Below are positions 61,267-64,000 of a stretch of 64,000 bases of DNA, piece by piece. This stretch comes from Acidimicrobiia bacterium (lineage in GTDB: Bacteria > Actinomycetota > Acidimicrobiia > Spongiisociales > ZC4RG35), in the NCBI GenBank assembly GCA_965215185.1, contig OZ244034.1, positions 2,560,001-2,624,000 on the forward strand, given 5' to 3'. Each line of letters starts with the position of its first letter. Position 1 is the first letter of the stretch. A program made the translations under genes and the position numbers. The notes beneath the pieces were generated by a model that was not told the origin of the DNA, did no database searches, and saw nothing but the letters and a program-made list of their open reading frames with translations.

Positions 61267-62685
61267 ATGACCCGCCCCTCCCTGAATCAGCCACCTCGCA
61301 TCGGGCAATTGTCGGTCTACTTCGGGTTGTTCGACGAGGCTATGCCTCCCGAGTTCCGCCGTGATCGGGAAGCATTGGCCCACCGATTCACCAAGTTTCT
61401 GGCCGGTGCCGGGGAGGTGATCTACCCGGGCTTGGTCGACTCGGAGGAGGCAGGACGAAGGGCGGGTGAGGTTTTCGCCGCCCAAGAGGTGGAGGTGGTG
61501 GTGTTTGTCCCCTCCATGGCCGCCCCACCCAGTTACGGATGGGAGGCCGTCTCCGGGTTGGACGTTCCGGTGATTTCGGTGGCCGCTCAGGAACTCACCT
61601 CCATACCCCCGGTTTACACCACCGAGGAGGGCACCCAGCGCAGCACCCTGGTGGGCCTGGTGATGTTCACCAACGTGCTGGCCCGGGAAGGCAAGCCCAT
61701 GGTCACCCTGGTGGGCCGATTGGAGTCGGACGAATTCGCGGCTCAGGTGGCTGAAACCGTTCGGTCGGCGGCGTTAGCCAACCGGCTCAACGGCCTGCGG
61801 GTAGGGGCGATCGGAGCCCCGATCGGCGGGTATTTGGATGTGGAGGCCACGCCGGAGGAGGTTGAACAGCTGGGTCTTCAGATGGTGTCGATCTCCCGGG
61901 AGGAACTCAACGAGGCCTTTGCGGGTGTGTCGGAACAAAGAGTCCAAGAGCTTTCGGACGGCCTTCGAGAACGCTTCGAAGCCAGTGCAACATCTGATGA
62001 GATACTGGCTCGTTCGGCCCGGCTCGCCCTGGCGCTTCGGGGGATCTGCCAGCGACACGACCTGGCGGGGGGAACGGTGAACTGCCACGGTGACATGTTC
62101 CGGTGGAATCCCGAAGTGGGGATTACCGCCTGTTTGGGGGTCACCTGTCTTACCGAGGAGGGGACGCCCCTTTCCTGTACGGGTGACCTTCCCGCCGGGA
62201 TCGCCTTGGTGATAGGAAAGGCTGTGGCGCAAGGGGCCCTCTACTGCGAGGCCTACGGGGTGGACTTCGAGGGTGACTGGGTGTTGCTGGCCAACGGCGG
62301 CGAGAGTGATGTCTCCATGGCCGATCATTCTCGCCCCATCAGGCTGCTTCCCGAAGATCACTACATGGGCGAACAAGGCCCCGGAACGGCGATCGTGTTT
62401 TCTCTTCCCACCGGCCCCGCCACCCTGCTCAGCATGTCTCCCATCCGGGGAGCCGACGGCGGATGGGCGCTGGTGGTGGGGGAGGGAGAGATTATCGGCT
62501 CCAAACACGAAGCCATAGAAGGACCCAACGCCATGTTCCGCTTCTCCTCGGGTCCCGCTCAGCAGGCTTTCCAGCGGTTTTGCAATGCGGGCGCCACCCA
62601 TCACAGCGTGCTGACCCCCGGTCATCACCTGCAAACCCTGGAGATGATGTCCAAATGGGCTGGGTTCGAGGTTCGGGCGGTTTAG
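61267..62685 (+). CDS. L-fucose/L-arabinose isomerase family protein
   Basis: CTGDL, GPATLLS, GATHH C-terminal motif. Confidence 0.8.
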   Translation: MTRPSLNQPPRIGQLSVYFGLFDEAMPPEFRRDREALAHRFTKFLAGAGEVIYPGLVDSEEAGRRAGEVFAAQEVEVVVFVPSMAAPPSYGWEAVSGLDVPVISVAAQELTSIPPVYTTEEGTQRSTLVGLVMFTNVLAREGKPMVTLVGRLESDEFAAQVAETVRSAALANRLNGLRVGAIGAPIGGYLDVEATPEEVEQLGLQMVSISREELNEAFAGVSEQRVQELSDGLRERFEASATSDEILARSARLALALRGICQRHDLAGGTVNCHGDMFRWNPEVGITACLGVTCLTEEGTPLSCTGDLPAGIALVIGKAVAQGALYCEAYGVDFEGDWVLLANGGESDVSMADHSRPIRLLPEDHYMGEQGPGTAIVFSLPTGPATLLSMSPIRGADGGWALVVGEGEIIGSKHEAIEGPNAMFRFSSGPAQQAFQRFCNAGATHHSVLTPGHHLQTLEMMSKWAGFEVRAV

Positions 62686-62829
62686 GTCTCTGGCGTTCTT
62701 CCCGGGATGCCCTGATTGCCGGTCATTTAACTTCCCGTCCCACCTGCCACCCCTTCCCCCCAGCATCTACTATCACCGGTAGAGCCTTCTGTAGCTAAGG
62801 GGCCGCCGCGTCCCGGTAAAGGAGAAGTC

Positions 62830-63954
62830 ATGCGCATAGCCAAGGTAACTCCCATTTCGGTTGCCTATCCCGAACCCAACGATTCGGGCGCCACCCGGCA
62901 TCTCACCTTTTGTCGAATCGAATCGACCGATGGGACTGTGGGATGGGGAGAGTCGGTGACCATGTGGCCGGAAGCCTGCCGGGCCACCGAGAAGATCATT
63001 GAGGGGATGGGTGAACTAATAGTTGGGCGGGATGTAGCCGACAACCGCGCCATCTGGCGGCAGTTGCGCGATCACATCTGGTGGTACGGATATCGCGGTG
63101 GGGTGTCATACTTTGCGCTTTCGGCCATAGACCTGGCACTGTGGGACTTGAAAGGAAAGGACCTGGGCCGATCCGTTCTCCAGATGCTGGGCGGCGCCGT
63201 GCAGGATTCTCTGCCGGCAATCGCCAGCACCCACGCCTTCCTTACCATGGAAGAGGAAGTCGAAAAACACGGCCGGTGGGTGCAAGAAGACGGATACCGA
63301 GGGGTGAAGATCGGAATGGGCAAAGCGGGAGCAACCCGCCTGGGGTACGAAGCCAAACGGGATATCGAATTTGTGCGACAACTTCGGGAAGCGGTGGGTC
63401 CCGACGCCTGGATCATGTTGGACCGCGGCGTCAAGTTGACCTGGGATCTGGAACACGCCATCCGGTTGATCCGCAAACTCGAAGAGTACGGGTTGCGATG
63501 GATGGAAGAGCCCTTCGAGCCCTACGAGTTCATCAACTACAAGAAGCTGCGAGGGGCCGTTAACACCATGCTGGCCTGGGGAGAGCGGGAGTGGGACGAA
63601 CGCGGCTACCGGGAGGTGATCGGCACGGGCACAGCCGACGTGGTGGGATGCGACCCGGGTCGGGTCGGAGGCATCACCGGAGCTCTGCAGACCATCCGGC
63701 TGGTGGAAGAGGCAGGAGTGTGGTTCAACGCCCACGCCTGGAGCAGCGCGGTGGTGACCTCGGCCAGCCTGGCGCTGTCCTTGAGCACCGACCGGTGTCT
63801 ACTCTTCGAGTTCAAACCCATCGAAAACCCCATGCAGCACGAGCTGGTCACCAACCCCATCGTCCATGATCGGGGAACCGTCAGGATTCCCCCCGAGAGG
63901 CCCGGCCTGGGTATTGACCTGCAAGAAAAGGTGATCCGCAAGTACAAGATGTGA
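62830..63954 (+). CDS. Mandelate racemase/muconate lactonizing enzyme (enolase superfamily)
   Basis: GTVGWGE, SAIDLALWDLKGK, IMLD, WMEEP, WGE, PGLGID. Confidence 0.92.
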   Translation: MRIAKVTPISVAYPEPNDSGATRHLTFCRIESTDGTVGWGESVTMWPEACRATEKIIEGMGELIVGRDVADNRAIWRQLRDHIWWYGYRGGVSYFALSAIDLALWDLKGKDLGRSVLQMLGGAVQDSLPAIASTHAFLTMEEEVEKHGRWVQEDGYRGVKIGMGKAGATRLGYEAKRDIEFVRQLREAVGPDAWIMLDRGVKLTWDLEHAIRLIRKLEEYGLRWMEEPFEPYEFINYKKLRGAVNTMLAWGEREWDERGYREVIGTGTADVVGCDPGRVGGITGALQTIRLVEEAGVWFNAHAWSSAVVTSASLALSLSTDRCLLFEFKPIENPMQHELVTNPIVHDRGTVRIPPERPGLGIDLQEKVIRKYKM

Positions 63955-64000
63955 TTCAGGCCGCCCGCGCGGGCTGCACACGGAAGGCTGGGTTGGACTG

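Overview
High-GC actinobacterial-type DNA. SLH+LRR and RCC1-repeat proteins and Thr-rich lipoproteins suggest a host-associated Acidimicrobiia-like organism, possibly a sponge symbiont (inference). 1-8.7 kb holds housekeeping genes (amino-acid ABC ATPase, acs, lnt, inositol monophosphatase, M3 peptidase), followed by an intact IS1380 with a 5-bp TSD. A ROK-regulated operon (ROK, M20 deacylase, sugar ABC, YhfX-like PLP enzyme, nagB) is split inside the M20 gene by a ~16.4 kb decayed mobile island (~12.4-28.84 kb). The island contains IS481, IS3, IS1 and IS110 remnants, a MobF relaxase pseudogene and a truncated tyrosine integrase. Its few intact cargo genes are a Schlafen/AlbA_2 protein with an unrecognised C-terminal domain (best defence candidate), DUF805, an SLH-LRR surface protein and a Cys-repeat lipoprotein. 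Downstream are three paralogous secreted lipoproteins sharing an unrecognised helical domain, a purine permease/deaminase pair, and two orphan catabolic clusters. The first has a ceramidase-like hydrolase, TPP E1beta/alpha and a free lipoyl domain; the second has a sugar ABC, two paralogous unknown proteins, AKR, isomerases and an enolase-superfamily enzyme. Several frameshifts, a 330-bp tandem duplication and two fusion junctions could be assembly artefacts. No CRISPR, rRNA or tRNA was seen.
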